Positions 1-12,520 of a DNA stretch of 64,000 nt are shown here, in pieces. Position 1 is the stretch's first letter. Each line of letters begins with the position of its first letter. The notes under the pieces were generated by a model, which saw nothing but the letters and a program-made list of their open reading frames with translations, was not told where the DNA came from and did not search any database. Location of the stretch: the NCBI GenBank assembly GCA_973895155.1, contig OZ316893.1, positions 22,031,717 through 22,095,716 of the forward strand, in the 5' to 3' direction. The DNA is from Marsupella aquatica. Its lineage: Eukaryota > Plantae > Marchantiophyta. The position numbers and the translations under genes were made by a program.

Positions 1-551
1 ACGACAAATGACAACTTGTCCGTCCAAAAACGGCCTATTTGTCCAATATTCCCTTATATTCCCCGGCCGGGACCAAAAATTCCCGACCCACCCCCGGCCC
101 GGTCCCGAACTCTCCCGACCCCTCCCGGCCCGGCTGCCTATTCCCGGCCCGGCCCGAACCCCCTCCCCTCCCGGCCCAACCCCCTTCCCCTTCCCGGGCC
201 AACCTGGCTCTCCCCCCCCCTTCCCGGCCCGACCCCCCTCCCCTCCCGCCCACCCGGCTCTCCCCCCCCCCCCTTCCCCGACCCCCCCCCCCTCCCGGCC
301 CAACCCGGCTCTCCCCCCCCCCCTTCCCGGCCCAACCCGGCTCTCCCCCCCCCCCTTCCCGGCCCGACCCCCCCCCCTCCCGGCCCAACCCGGCTCTCCC
401 CCCCCCCCTTCCCGGCCCGACCCCCCCCCCCCTCCCGGCCCGACCCTTCTCCCGGCCCGGCTTCACATCCTCCCGGCCCGACCCTGTCACCCGGCCGGGA
501 TCGACTGGGATGACATATGTCATTTGTCATCCCAAATCGTCCTATTTGTCC
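1..551. repeat. GC-rich degenerate tandem repeat (CCCGGCCC + poly-C units) inside short inverted ends; possible MITE-like element truncated by the window edge
   Basis: Repeated ccggccc(g/a)acc units with C-runs at ~60-500. GACAAATGACA (3-13) is mirrored by TGTCATTTGTC (518-528), and CCTATTTGTCC recurs at 34 and 541. Confidence 0.7.
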
Positions 552-1283
552 GACAAGTCCAAACCGGGCTCCCAAGGAAGAAAAAAATTATCTTCCAAAA
601 TATATATATTATTACAAGAAGCATCAAACCTGGAGACAGGATCCTAAAGCCGGGAGACAAGATAAGAAAGACAGAGAAGGGAAAAAGAAAGGCTTACAAG
701 TGCTTTAATTGCAGTGTCACATGGCAGTTGTGGTCTCTGAGTCTGATTGTCAGGTGTCAGAAGATTTTTCCCATGTTTGTAGAAGGTAAATGATTCTTCC
801 GTTTGACCAAATTCTCTCGTGGACCAGTGCAACCCCGATGGATTGCAGAAACACCTTTTTTGTCCTCAGAGAACTAATTTTCTTTTCAAAAAATTCCATA
901 TTCCGGTCAACAGTAACCACCTGGTCCATCCAGGGTTATAAGGTTCATGGGGTGGTTCATCTGAGCATTAGGTTTTTTGTAGACAATTAGAACATGAACA
1001 ACAAGAAAATGAATTTATAAAATTGGATATCTTATAAATCTCAACCCCAACACATAGAACACAAAATATTCATTCATTCGTGGATCAAACCAAAGACAGG
1101 GCATTGGGTCCAGGTGCAGGCTGTGCCCCTGTCTGGTTCGGGTCACCTTTAAGTCCCTCAGTTCCAGGTACGGGCTTGAACGCCAACCTCACTTTGCCCC
1201 AACGGCCTACACAGCCCAGGCTTTGTCTGAGCATGCTAGTTTGGTCCAGGCGCCAGCTGTGCTGGTTTGGTCCGGGCTCAGTC

Positions 1284-4000
1284 ATTCAAGGAGACGAGTC
1301 CCTGGAACACCATTAACTGTACCTCGGGACTCCCCCACAGCCTACCGGAAGGAGCACCCTGAGTGCACCCTGAGTTTTCCCCTTTTTGCACTCATCTCTT
1401 TTCAGGCGATGACCTTACACTCGCTGCCCCTAGCTCCCTCTCAATTACAGACATCAATTACAGACTTAACTTAATTCAACATTCTTATCCCCTCTTGTGT
1501 AGTGCCTTTTTCCTTTGCATCTGTTGGTGGAAGTGTTTGTTTAAATTTCTTGGGTTCCATGGAGGCAATCTTTTGAAAGTAGATGACATTCTATTTAAAT
1601 TTCTTGGACTCCATGGAGAGTTCCAGGGTATTATCCCCGTTTTGGAAAAATAAATTAAATAATTCTTGGACTCCATGGAGGCAATCCTTTGACAGTAGCT
1701 GGCACATTTTGACCCGCTTTGCAAAGTCCGGCCCCAGTCTAGTTGTAGTCATTGATTTAAGAGGGGTTGATTATTTAGTGGAAGATCACCTGAGCTCAAC
1801 CTCTTGCCACTAAATTCTTCCTCAGTTCATCCTTGTATTCCACGCCTTCCAGATGGGTAACAAATGCATTCATGCCTAGCTTGTAATTGTGCCTAACTTT
1901 GTAACCTTTATGGGAGCTTGAGCACTTTGCGTTTGTAATCATGCATTTTTGAGACCATACTTATATTTCAGATGTAAGATACAAGGGGGTTGAAACCAAA
2001 ATGATCTATCAAATTCAAAAAAAATGGAGATAATCATTTCAGATGTAAACTACAGTAGTATTCTAAGGCTTACTTCTCAAGCCTTAGAATAATTAGTTCG
2101 TGGACCCCTTGGCTAATAAAATCAGGGGGAAGAGTCGATCTGAGCCGTCTCCATTTCTTATCTCCGAAAATCTCGTCCGTCCATCATAATGGCCAATCTT
2201 TTGCTCAAAAGAAAGATCTCAAATAGATCTATGGATGGGTTCTGTCCGTTTTGCAAATAGGTTAATATTTTTCAAATGTAAAATTAAACAAATCCAAGCC
2301 TTCCTAGCCGTCGATTTTGTTGATTTTACGATCTTTGCCGTCCATTTTGTAATGCCTCTAGAAATCTTATTCATCCATGTTAGAAGGCGATCTAGGGTGC
2401 AAAAGAAAGATCTCAATGAGATCTACAACTGGGTATTTTTGTTTTGAGAATGAGTAAATAGTTTTGAATATAAAATTTGATGAACTTTCAAGATTCCAGC
2501 CATTCCTCCTCCCCAATCCTGGGATTCTATGTGCTCTTCCCAACATTAATGGGCGTACAATACAGAGGTCCTTACATACCGAGAGTTGCGATTTAACAAG
2601 GAAGTTATCAAGTTAGTTATTAGTCATTATCTATTATATGAAAATACTTTTTATAAATCTTTGAATTTAAGTTTTAAAATTGGAAATGTAACTAAAACGG
2701 TTACATAGTGACAGCTTTAACCGTCTTGCTCTTTGCATTTCCAATGTTTTTACTTTTCCTTTTATGGCACGACGTCCCAAAATTTACACCTAAATTGACA
2801 CAAACACGTTTACACCTAAATTTACACAAACACGAATGAAAACTATAAATTTGATTCACAAAACCGACGAGTCTTGTTTGTTGCAATTGTTGTTGATGTG
2901 GCACTCTCTGGTGCCAGGAATTTTGGAAGGGACCTCTAGTGGGGTCCGTAAAGAAAAATGACGACCCATTTGTTTTTCTTTTTAAATTTAGCTCTAATGA
3001 ATGGAGATGATATACTAATATATCCAATTTAAAAAACATTTGGCTGATAAAGTGCTCAAGGAAGAATCAAAGTTATAACCATCAGTAAATTCGTAGCCTT
3101 GTGGACGTTTGTAAAACTCTACAGTACTACTGTGGAGAAATTCAGGAAGTATTAAAGAAATGGATATATCAGAAATCAAAATTGCTATTATATTCATCAT
3201 TACACTGACTTTCAAAAGAGAAATTGTTCAAAATCCAATTTGATGATTGAATTGAAAATTGGTTTTCCTAGGGAGTTGGTTCTACAATAGTTTAGCCGTG
3301 TGAGTAGGTGATAATTTTTAATTTTCTCATTTCTTCAGGTTTTGGGATTAGCAATGGTGTATGTTCTTTTCAGTTTAGTGTTTGTGCTCCCTGGACCTTG
3401 AAATACTAAAGTTACAAAGTTAGGCACAATTACAAGTTAGACATGAATGCATTTGTTGCTCATCTGGAAGGTGTGGAATACAACTATGAACTGGGGAAGA
3501 ATTTAGTAGCAAGAGTTTGAGCTCAGGTGATCTTGCACTGAATAATCAACCCCTCATAAATCAAAGACTAAAAGACTGGGGCTGGACTTTGCAAAACGGG
3601 TCAAAATGTGTCAGCTACTGTCAAACAATTGCCTCCATAGAGTCCAAGAATTTTTTATTTTTTTCAAAACCAGGACAATACCCGGGACCTCTCCATGGAG
3701 TCCAAAAAATTTAAATAGAATGTCAGCTATTGTCAAAAGATTGCCTCCATGGAGTCCAATAAATTTAAACAAACACTCCCACAAACACATGCAAGGGAAA
3801 AAGACACTACACAAGAGGGGATAAGAACGTTGAATTAAGTTAAGTCTCTAATTGAGAGGGAGCCCGGGGAAGCGAGAGTAAGATCATGGCCTGAAAAGAG
3901 ATGGGTGCAAAAAGGGGAAACTCAGGGCGTTCCTTCCGGTAGGTTGTGGGGAAGTCCCGAGGTACACTTAATGCTGTTCCAGGGACTCGTCTCCTTGAAT
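1284..4000. mobile_element. Non-autonomous foldback DNA transposon with ~620-bp terminal inverted repeats and an 8-bp TSD
   Basis: 1284-~1903 is the diverged reverse complement of ~3410-4000 (ATTCAAGGAGACGAGTCCCTGGAAC... / ...GTTCCAGGGACTCGTCTCCTTGAAT). GCTCAGTC flanks both ends (1276-1283, 4001-4008). The arms contain TTGGACTCCATGGAG-type subrepeats. Confidence 0.85.
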
Positions 4001-4378
4001 GCTCAGTCTAACTCCTACTGTAGTAGCCCACTAGCATCTGCAGGTCCAGGCAAGTGTTTTCTTAGTGACCAAATTGCCAAATTCCACCTCACTAAGAAAT
4101 ATTTGCCACTTTTGGCAAAAACTCTCCAATGGTTATTGGGTCAGTCTACTATAAGGCTATGTCGACCAAACCGAGTAAGGTTGAACCAAAAAGGCATTCC
4201 AACCCCAATGGGTTACTTGCACAGTATTCAGATGTGAGCTTAGTGGGTGTTTTGTTACTGAAACCATATTTGAGCTGCCCCATTGACTGAATAGAATGTT
4301 TCATAATTCCTAGGTTATCCAAGATTAGTATGATTAGTATCCAATGGTGCCTAAGGAGCTACTAAAAAACCAACCGTT

Positions 4379-4506
4379 CTGGCAATTACACATCAAAATA
4401 TGACATATGCAGTGTACAACATCCATCCATACCATGATAATCTCCTTATTTAAATCAATGAGTGCACACCGTATATTACCATATTTTGATGTGTGATTAT
4501 TGGCAG
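4379..4506. mobile_element. Small hairpin MITE, copy 1
   Basis: ACACATCAAAATATG ... CATATTTTGATGTGT inverted ends; a related inverted copy lies at ~12395-12520. Confidence 0.65.
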
Positions 4507-4547
4507 GGAAAATTAGCCGGCTTGCATTTTGACATATCAGGTTACTA

Positions 4548-5793
4548 ACCTGTCCCCCAAACTACCCAATATTGCAAGCATGTCCCCTAAACAAAATTAA
4601 TTATTGATCTGCTTCTCATTTCATATTCAGGTTGATATTAACTTGTATAGGGGTTCTTGTTGCCATGTGGCAAGTTGCTATTGGATAGCATGAACCCATT
4701 GTTACCCCCCTCAGCTCCCCTTCCTTGGCCCCACATGGCAACAGAACCAGTATACGAGTTAATACTCACCAAAATGTGAAATGAGAGACGTGTTGATAAT
4801 TAACTTTGTTTGGAGGGCATTAACTTTCGTTGAAGGGCAAGTTAGGAGATATATGCTTGTCTGATGGGCCCTCTGGTGCAACTTTCTTACCTGATGGGCC
4901 CCTACAAAACTTCTACCTAATGAGCCCCTACTAAACTTTTTTACCTAATAGGCCCCCTCTTAATGAGCCATACTCACTGTTCTTGTGAGGTGCCAAACTA
5001 TATAGTTGACCACAACAGGGTTCTAAATAGGGTAGGGGTGGGTTTACCCATGAAGACATATTGCATTACATGTATTTTTGTGTTGTGAGGGGTTATGGTT
5101 GTCGCCGCTACCTGACAATTGTCGCTCTTTAATTCTTCGTGTTGTGGGAGGGAAGCGCTTGGGTTTTGTTGATGCTTGGGCTTTTGTCAATGCTCAATGC
5201 TCGGGTTTTGTCAATACCTTCAGGTTGTTGATTGAAGCCCAGTGCCTAGTGCCTAGTGACAGAAAAAGTGCTAGTGGAAGTACCAAGATCATAACGACCG
5301 CACATGTCCTCCGAACTGATAATCGTAGATCAAAAACGTCAAGAAAACCCTGTGTGGAGCATGTGAAAGTAAATCTTGTGACTACCCCGCAATATGGTAA
5401 AAATTCAAATCCAAAGACATAATTCATATTGTCTTCACTTCGCAGTTAGTGTAGTGTCCGCGGTTCAAATCCGAAAACATAATCCATATTGTCTTCACTT
5501 CGCACTTTGGGTAGCGGTGGCTGCAATTCCGCAATTCCCCTAACCGCATCGTTTGACCTTTTTTTTCGACCGTGTAAGGTTTGGTGTAGGGTTCGACGGT
5601 GCAGTTGGTCATTGCATCCAGCAAAAATTGGTTAAAGTGGCTGCTAGAAGAACATTTGACGCAAAAGTGTAACAGGGGACCTATTAGGTAAAAAAAATTT
5701 GTAATGGCCCATCAGGTAAGAAAGTTACACTAGAGGGCCCATCAAGCATACAGCTAGACAAGTGAATAATATTGGGTAGTTTGGGAGACAGGT
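4548..5793. mobile_element. Nested cluster of inverted-repeat elements (MITE/MULE derivatives)
   Basis: Outer 26-bp IR at 4548-4573 / 5768-5793 (1 mismatch). It encloses a long-armed hairpin (4581-4819) and a second IR pair (~4862-4938 / ~5674-5744) with TGATGGGCCC subrepeats. Confidence 0.7.
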
Positions 5794-6939
5794 GAATCAA
5801 ATGTTATTGATATATTATCCTTGTCTACAATATATACGAAAACAGGTAACTCCTTATATACAATATAGACTAAAAAAGGTAACTCGTTACTCGTTAATCT
5901 GTAGTTGATGTATATAGTAAAGAAATAGAGTACACCTTTTGAAGATCCTCAACTGCTTCACAACTATTTCTCCCAACAGCACATCGACAATACTCTAGAA
6001 AGCTGGGCACTGGGTAATAGAATCTATAATAGTGTTCAACGCATTGGGCTAATAGAAAAGAAATCTTTGTCTGGACCCCTCTCGGCAGGATCCGTGCCTA
6101 AATCGAAGGAGCAAACACCGCACGTGGACCAGACTGCCACAACTGTGCACGACCCCATTCTGTTGGAAGCATTGCGATTACGTTGATCATCTTGATTTCT
6201 ATTGACTTACAAACGTGGGAGCAATCAGTACCATGTTTTTGATTCGCTAGCCGTCCATTGGTTTTGGGGCTTGAATTTTTCTATTATTCGAGAGTCCAGA
6301 GCACTGGGCTGCAAATCTCATCCACTACTGCCTGTTATCACCAGAGTTCATAGCCCTGGGCTACTTCACTCATCTTCACAGTGTGCAGAGCGGGATGTAA
6401 GCAGAGTATACCATTTCATTGACGATTTGTGATCAAAACAGCATTGGGCTACTATCTTCATCGACGATTTTCTGTCATCAAAGAAAAGCTCACTTCTGAT
6501 CGAAGTTTTCCTGCTGAAATTACGATTGAGAGTCAGCTACTTAGTAAATATAGAACTGTACCGGTAGAGCGGAAACGAGATTGAGAGACGAAATTGAGAG
6601 CAGAGTAATGTTTCAAAGCTGCTTGTTTCGAGACTCTTTACTGAGAAACAAAACCGAAAACGAAAATTAAAAAACAGAAACAAAATTGAAACGAGATTAT
6701 GATTAAGAGGCGAATTTGAGAAACGCAGGTGAGCTGAACGAAAACCGAAATTGAGCTGAGAGGAGAGACTAAGTAGTTCAGTTGCCCCCCACAAACGAAA
6801 AAGGCCAACATCCTTTCTTTCTCATTACTTTCTCACATCCTACCGGGTTTTCTCCCGTCCCTACAGAACCCTTTTGTGTGGCCGGTGCTCCTTTAGACAG
6901 CAGACCTAAAGTTCTAGCAGTCCGATGCGCTTTAAGTGT

Positions 6940-7219
6940 ATACATTTGGAAATAGGAATCGCGCATGCCACCTACACGGCTTCACCACGCAAATACTCTA
7001 CTGTAGTAATGGTATCTGGCCTTTAATTAGTGCAGTGTGGTCAGATATGTGACACCTACTTTCAGCAATGTACGAATCTATGGAGTCGAACTGGCAGCCA
7101 CTATAGGAGAGCTAGGACCCTGTCCTAACCTTTTTGGCCACCAACTTCATGAGGGCCATCCGGTCCCATTAGCCACAAAACTGATTGGTTCCCGTGGGAG
7201 GTTTGGCACCCTTTCATCA
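6940..7219 (+). repeat. Dispersed repeat, diverged copy of ~40823-41047
   Basis: Shared collinear blocks TACATTTGGAAA.GGAATC, GGTATCTG.CTTTAATTAG, CATGAGGGCCATCC, AGCCACAAAACTGAT and CACCCTTTCATC. Confidence 0.7.
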
Positions 7220-8172
7220 GATTGTCGGAACCCCTGCTATAGAATTTGATCTCTATTTGACGAAGATTGCAGTGACCCAAAATGATGAAGGGACTGCAAG
7301 CATGAAAGCGAATTGCAGTCTCAGCTTGGCGAAGGTTGGAAAATGCTAGAACGGAGCCACATTGCAAAAGAATTTGACGAAGTTTTCTCATAGCTGTCAG
7401 CTCAGTGGCAGCGAGAAAGGATCATGGAGACTGTGCTGTCGAGGAAGGTTTGTGTGCCTCAATCCACTGTGGATGCCCCTAAACCCTAAATCTCTCCACC
7501 ATCTTCATCAAGCCGGACTCTCTCTGTCTCTTGTCCACCCATGCATGGCCATCTGATTTCTAATTCAGTTTGTTTCCTGGCAAAGTTTACTTGATTGGTC
7601 CTTGAAGAACTCAAATCACTTCCTCCACCTGGACTCGATCAATTTATTTATTTTGGAATGTAATTGACACCGGAATGCAGTGAAGCTTTTCTGATCATCT
7701 GTCTAGATTTGGTCAAATACTGGGAAGACTACCTTCCATTTATTCGTTCTCTCTCCTTCCTATGCCATCTACTTGCTCCATCGTCACGGGACGGATCTGA
7801 TTATGTATGTAGGCTTAGTTATCTATCGATTTCAAGAATTGTAGAGTTGAGATTCGAGCAGACGACCAATCTTACAAGAAATTCTAGGGCTTTATGTTCT
7901 AATCAGGAAATGAGTGGGACCTAAGGAGCCTTCACTTTGTGGACAGGAGCTCTCTAGAATGAGCCTTGTTAGGTGCTTCATTGTGAGTTGACAGTACTAA
8001 GTTTAGTAAGTGACTACTCTTGTTCTCTCTATGGACAATAATTCTGAATCATAGGTGAATATTCAATTTCCGTCTCAGACTGGAGCTCTAGATTCAGCCC
8101 TGACTAATTTATTCCAAATGTCGGTCTCAAAGGACTGACTTGAAGAGCAATCGTGTTCAATCTCAGGCTTCG

Positions 8173-11100
8173 ATGGGGATGCTCAGAAACGTCCCTAAGA
8201 ATGAACTGGCGAGCGGTTACCAGCTGAAGATTGGGTTGTGGGCACCTGCGGTAGCAGTAACCTTGGCTAGCTGCTTCATGTCTGGTGACTGTCACTTTGA
8301 TTTCCTGGACGGTCCTTATCAGGTAACTTTCCTACGACCTTTGCTTCGCTTCCTTGCAACACTGCCTTTTCTTCGAATCCTTTCAATACTGCCTTTTCTT
8401 CGTATCCTTCCACTTTTCCAGAAGATTTTGTTCCAACATGCAAAGGTTGATCGTCTAAGGGGTTATGTGTAATTTCGTCCCATGCTCACCGGTGCTAACC
8501 GGTTTCCTTCTCATTAATGGGTTTGGCACTTGAGATTTTAAAGATTCACAGAGTGACCAAAGTTGTTACTAAAAATTGCTTAAACAAGATTCAAAGCATA
8601 AATGCCAACACGAAAATGAATGCGAAGATCAGATCTTTTGAATATTAAAAATTATGAAATTGCAAGTCCTCGTGAGCGAGGGAGAGGGCGAGTACTGATT
8701 TTAGACTGCAGTACATCCTATGTAACAGTTCTGCACATTCTAGTTTCCTCCTGACTCCACTTTAAATGGGCGTTCTGGAGACGAATGAATGCGCCCGTCA
8801 TACATGGAATTTAGTTAGAGTGAAATTATTGCAAGAGCCAAAGAGACGTGACCTCGGAATAGATCTTATCAAATGTTCTGATTGTTGACAGATCCTCCAG
8901 ACAGAGAGTGACTGTATCCATAGTCCTTTCCAATGCGCAGGTTAGGACAAACGTAGAAAGGACAAAGTATCTTGGTAGTCTCGTACCAAGATAGCATCAC
9001 ATAGTCCTCAGCTCCCAACAGACACTCTCCTGGTGATTGGAAATTGGATCCAATTGTAGCACAGTGGGAAATCAGCCAAGTAGGGAACTGATCTGGCTAG
9101 TAAATCAAAATTGAATCTCATTCAATACAATCGAGAATGAAACTAACACGTTACAGGTGGGGTTTGAATGAACTTGTTACTCTTGTCCGACATGTGCAAA
9201 ATGCATTGGACAGAGAGTCCCAAAAGACATGAAAAGCAGGCACAGCGAGATAACATCACTGTGAACACTCAAAATTGTAGCGAAACTGTCTCTCAAGCAG
9301 GTCCAAAAGAACAAGGTATGGAACAGCAACACGTTTTTCAATATTAAGTTGGTAAATACAGGCATCATCATAAACCCGGTCTGGTGTATGACAGAGCTCA
9401 ACTTCGTGGCCGTGGGTGAATCATGGAGGTGGCCTCGGTCTTGTCAACCAGCGAGCGGCCTTGGGAGAAGTCAAGATCAACAAAACATCGGTCGCGAACC
9501 TCTCTGTCCATTGGGAGTTCATCACAGGCTATGATGTCACAGCCACACCTGCGATTGCACAAAGGGTCGTGTACTTTCCTGACTGGGCGGGGAGTTTGTA
9601 CGCCGTCGAGCAAGCTACAGGGCATCTCATTTGGCATAAAAATCTCACTCAGCTGACATCTGGAGTTTTACCCTTCGTCCAGACCAACGTTTCGGGCTTC
9701 ATCCCAAAGCAGGTTACCTCAAGGTCAACCCCGACTGTTGCTGGAGATCTTTTAGTCGTGACACTTTCTGGCCCTGCTGGTGTGATAGCGTTGAACAGAT
9801 CGACTGGAGACCTCATTTGGGCGAAGCAGCTGTCGACTCATGCTTACGCTCTTATAACCATGTCTGGCACGGCCTATGAAGAGTATGTATTACATTCTCC
9901 CTTAGTTCTTGGTTGGCTCTGTTTCTCGACCAAATTGACATTGATAATCCATGACAGGAGAGGGAAACTGCTGCTTAATGGCCATCATTCCTCTCCAGTG
10001 CAGGACTAACTCGATATAGGGATGAGAATTGGACGAATAGATTCAGTTCGCACTTTTGACCTGCACTGCTTCCCTAGAGAAGGATAGGACTGAAAGGCCC
10101 TCTGAATTGGTTTCATCCTCAAAAGTAGGAAGCTTCCAATGTTTAATATTGTTCTTCTTCAGACGGTAAGGATGATGCTCTGAAGGCTGCGGAAACAGTC
10201 ATTGCTTTGTTAACGTTAACTAAGGGCCGAAGTCCAATTGTGGAGCTTGTGGAGCTCGTTGTACTGCTTAGGAATCATGAACTCCACTGTTTCAATATCC
10301 ACTACAGAGATCTTGGAGCTTTGGCCTCATCTTATAAATCACTCGAACTTATGCAAGATTCGAAAGGTCGTCCAAAGAATCTTGGAAGCATAGTGCATCC
10401 GTGTAAGAGTAACAACCTTCACAATACTTAAAATGGCCGTCACTGAGAAGTTCACAAAAAACTCGTATATCGCTTAGTCTTGGATAGAGCAAACAAGCAT
10501 TAATTTCATCTGTGTGTTTGCAGAGCATTTTATGTTGGAATTTCGTCACTGGAGGAAGGAATATTGGGAATTGTCTGCTGCAGTTTCCAGGGTGCATTTT
10601 TTAAGCTGGACCTGAAGACTGGAGACATACTGTGGAAAGTTCCCATGCTTCCTGACAACAGAGGACAACCAGGGTTCTTTTCGGGAGTTTCAGTTTGGGG
10701 CAGCAGCCCATCCATTGATATTGATAGGAGACTGGTCTTCATAGCGACAGGAAATGCCTACACAACACCCCCTGCAGTTGATGCCTGTGAGCAGAAGTAC
10801 AGGAATCAAACCAACCCACCTATTCCTGACAATTGCCTTCCAATTGATGACCATGAAGAATCCATTCTTGCAATCGCACTGGATAATGGAACTGTCGCTT
10901 GGAGTAAGCACTTGGGAGGATACGATAGTTACAGTTTTGTTTGCGCTGCTGTAGTTCACCCCACCAACTGCGCAGCAGTTCTTGGACCGGACTTCGATTT
11001 TGGTGAAAGCCCCATGCTGTTGAAAATTTATGCTCATGACAGATCATGGCGAGACATTCTAGTCACAGGACAGAAAAGCGGTTTCGTCTGGGCGCTGGAT

Positions 11101-12133
11101 CCTCACACAGGAGAACTTCTATGGGTCACAGTAAGTTTATTTCTTTGTCCCAGTTCTTCGTAGAAAGTCTTCTCTCAAGAATCTTTCTGCCCAATCTTCC
11201 TGATGTAGTTGGCCTTGATCCAATGAAACATGTCTTGCACCAGGAAACTTGTGGCAATTTCGAGATTACTTAGCTTCCTCTCTGAAGTTCAAAGATATGT
11301 TTCTTTAATCACAGTAGTGAAGTCCTGGTATCTCACTTGTTTGTTCAAGAAATTGCAAAAGAGCAAAGAGTCATGCTTGAGTCCCTGAATGGTTCAGCAG
11401 ATCTTGTAATTGACGAGAAATTGCGAAGAATTTTGATGCCTGATTCTACTTGCAATGGTGAAGGTGGCAGGGCCTGGTGGCTACACTGGTGGAAGTTCAT
11501 GGGGTATGGCAACGGATGGGGACAGAATTTTCACCAATATCATAAACAACCTAGGGCAAAACTTCACTCTCTTGCCATCCAATACGGTGACAACCACTGC
11601 GGGCTGGGTGGCAATGAATGCGAGCACAGGAGAAATACTCTGGTCCACAGCGAACCCACTGTTGAGTCAAACAAATGCTCCGGTGAGGTTACGTTCTTTC
11701 ATTTCTCTGCACATACGTGAACTTATGAAGCGATCTTTCAATTCAAAGAATTAATTTGTTTTCTGGGTGATTCAATCATCAATCTGTGAAAGTTAGCCGA
11801 TTCAATCATCAGTCTGAACGTTAACACAAGTGAAAGCATGTAACACTATCAACCGTCCTATTGAAGAGAGTGTAACCCTTGTACTTGTGGGTACTGCAGC
11901 TGACATATGCCAATGGAGTGGTTTTTGGTGGATCCCTGACCCCCGGGCATGTGGTGGCTCTGGATGCAATAACTGGGAAGATATTATGGACATATGCAAC
12001 ACCAGGGGATCTCTTTGGGGGCGTCTCAATTACAGATGGGTGTGTGTTTGTACCGGTAGGTATTTCTTTGATAGGACTCCAAGCTCATGGCAATCACACC
12101 CATGGAAAGTCGGTTCTCAGTCTTTGTGTTTAG
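8173..12133 (+). CDS. Secreted PQQ-repeat beta-propeller protein (polyvinyl-alcohol-dehydrogenase-like quinoprotein family), 5 exons, ~565 aa
   Basis: Exons 8173-8322, 9395-9882, 10524-11130, 11464-11682 and 11900-12133 have GT-AG junctions in compatible phase (1698 nt). Motifs include WVNHGG, DVTATPAI, SRSTPTV, GVSVWGSSPSID, GPDFDFGESPML, GQKSGFVWAL and ALDAITGKILW. Exon 1 has a hydrophobic signal-like stretch and is the least certain exon. Confidence 0.9.
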
Positions 12134-12394
12134 CGTCGATGTATGAGTACACTGCCGCACAGAGTAGCACGAAGTATACTAAGCCAAAACGAGTTAGATA
12201 TATCGTGGACAATTATCGTTCAGCAATTATCACAGGCCTTCAAAAATCATCACATGTACTGGATTGAGTGCAATGGAGAGCACTGGGTAGCAAGAAGCAT
12301 ATAATGCCAAAACTTATAGGATTAAGGGCGAAGTGTCCCCTTTATGAGATATAGGGTCATCTATGTCCACCCACTTGTGGAGGGAGAAATATGA

Positions 12395-12520
12395 CCCTGC
12401 CAGTAATCACACATCAAACTGTGGTAATATTAGGTGTGCACTCATTCATTTAAAGAAAATAAGGAAGTTTATCAGGGTATGGAGGGATGTTGTACATAGT
12501 ATAAGCCATATTTTGATATG
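12395..12520 (-). mobile_element. Small MITE, copy 2 (inverted relative to 4379-4506)
   Basis: CCCTGCCAGTAATCACACATCAAA...GGTGTGCACTCATT...GGATGTTGTACA matches the reverse complement of 4381-4508. Confidence 0.65.

Noticed and set aside
8-793. Pro-rich and Gly-rich ORFs resembling extensin or formin
   Set aside because: Several frames on both strands are open simply because the C/G repeat lacks stops; there is no signal peptide or domain.
4379-12520. Inverted MITE copies as ends of a large element carrying the PQQ gene
   Set aside because: Each copy is a self-contained hairpin and no shared TSD was found, so independent insertions are the simpler explanation.
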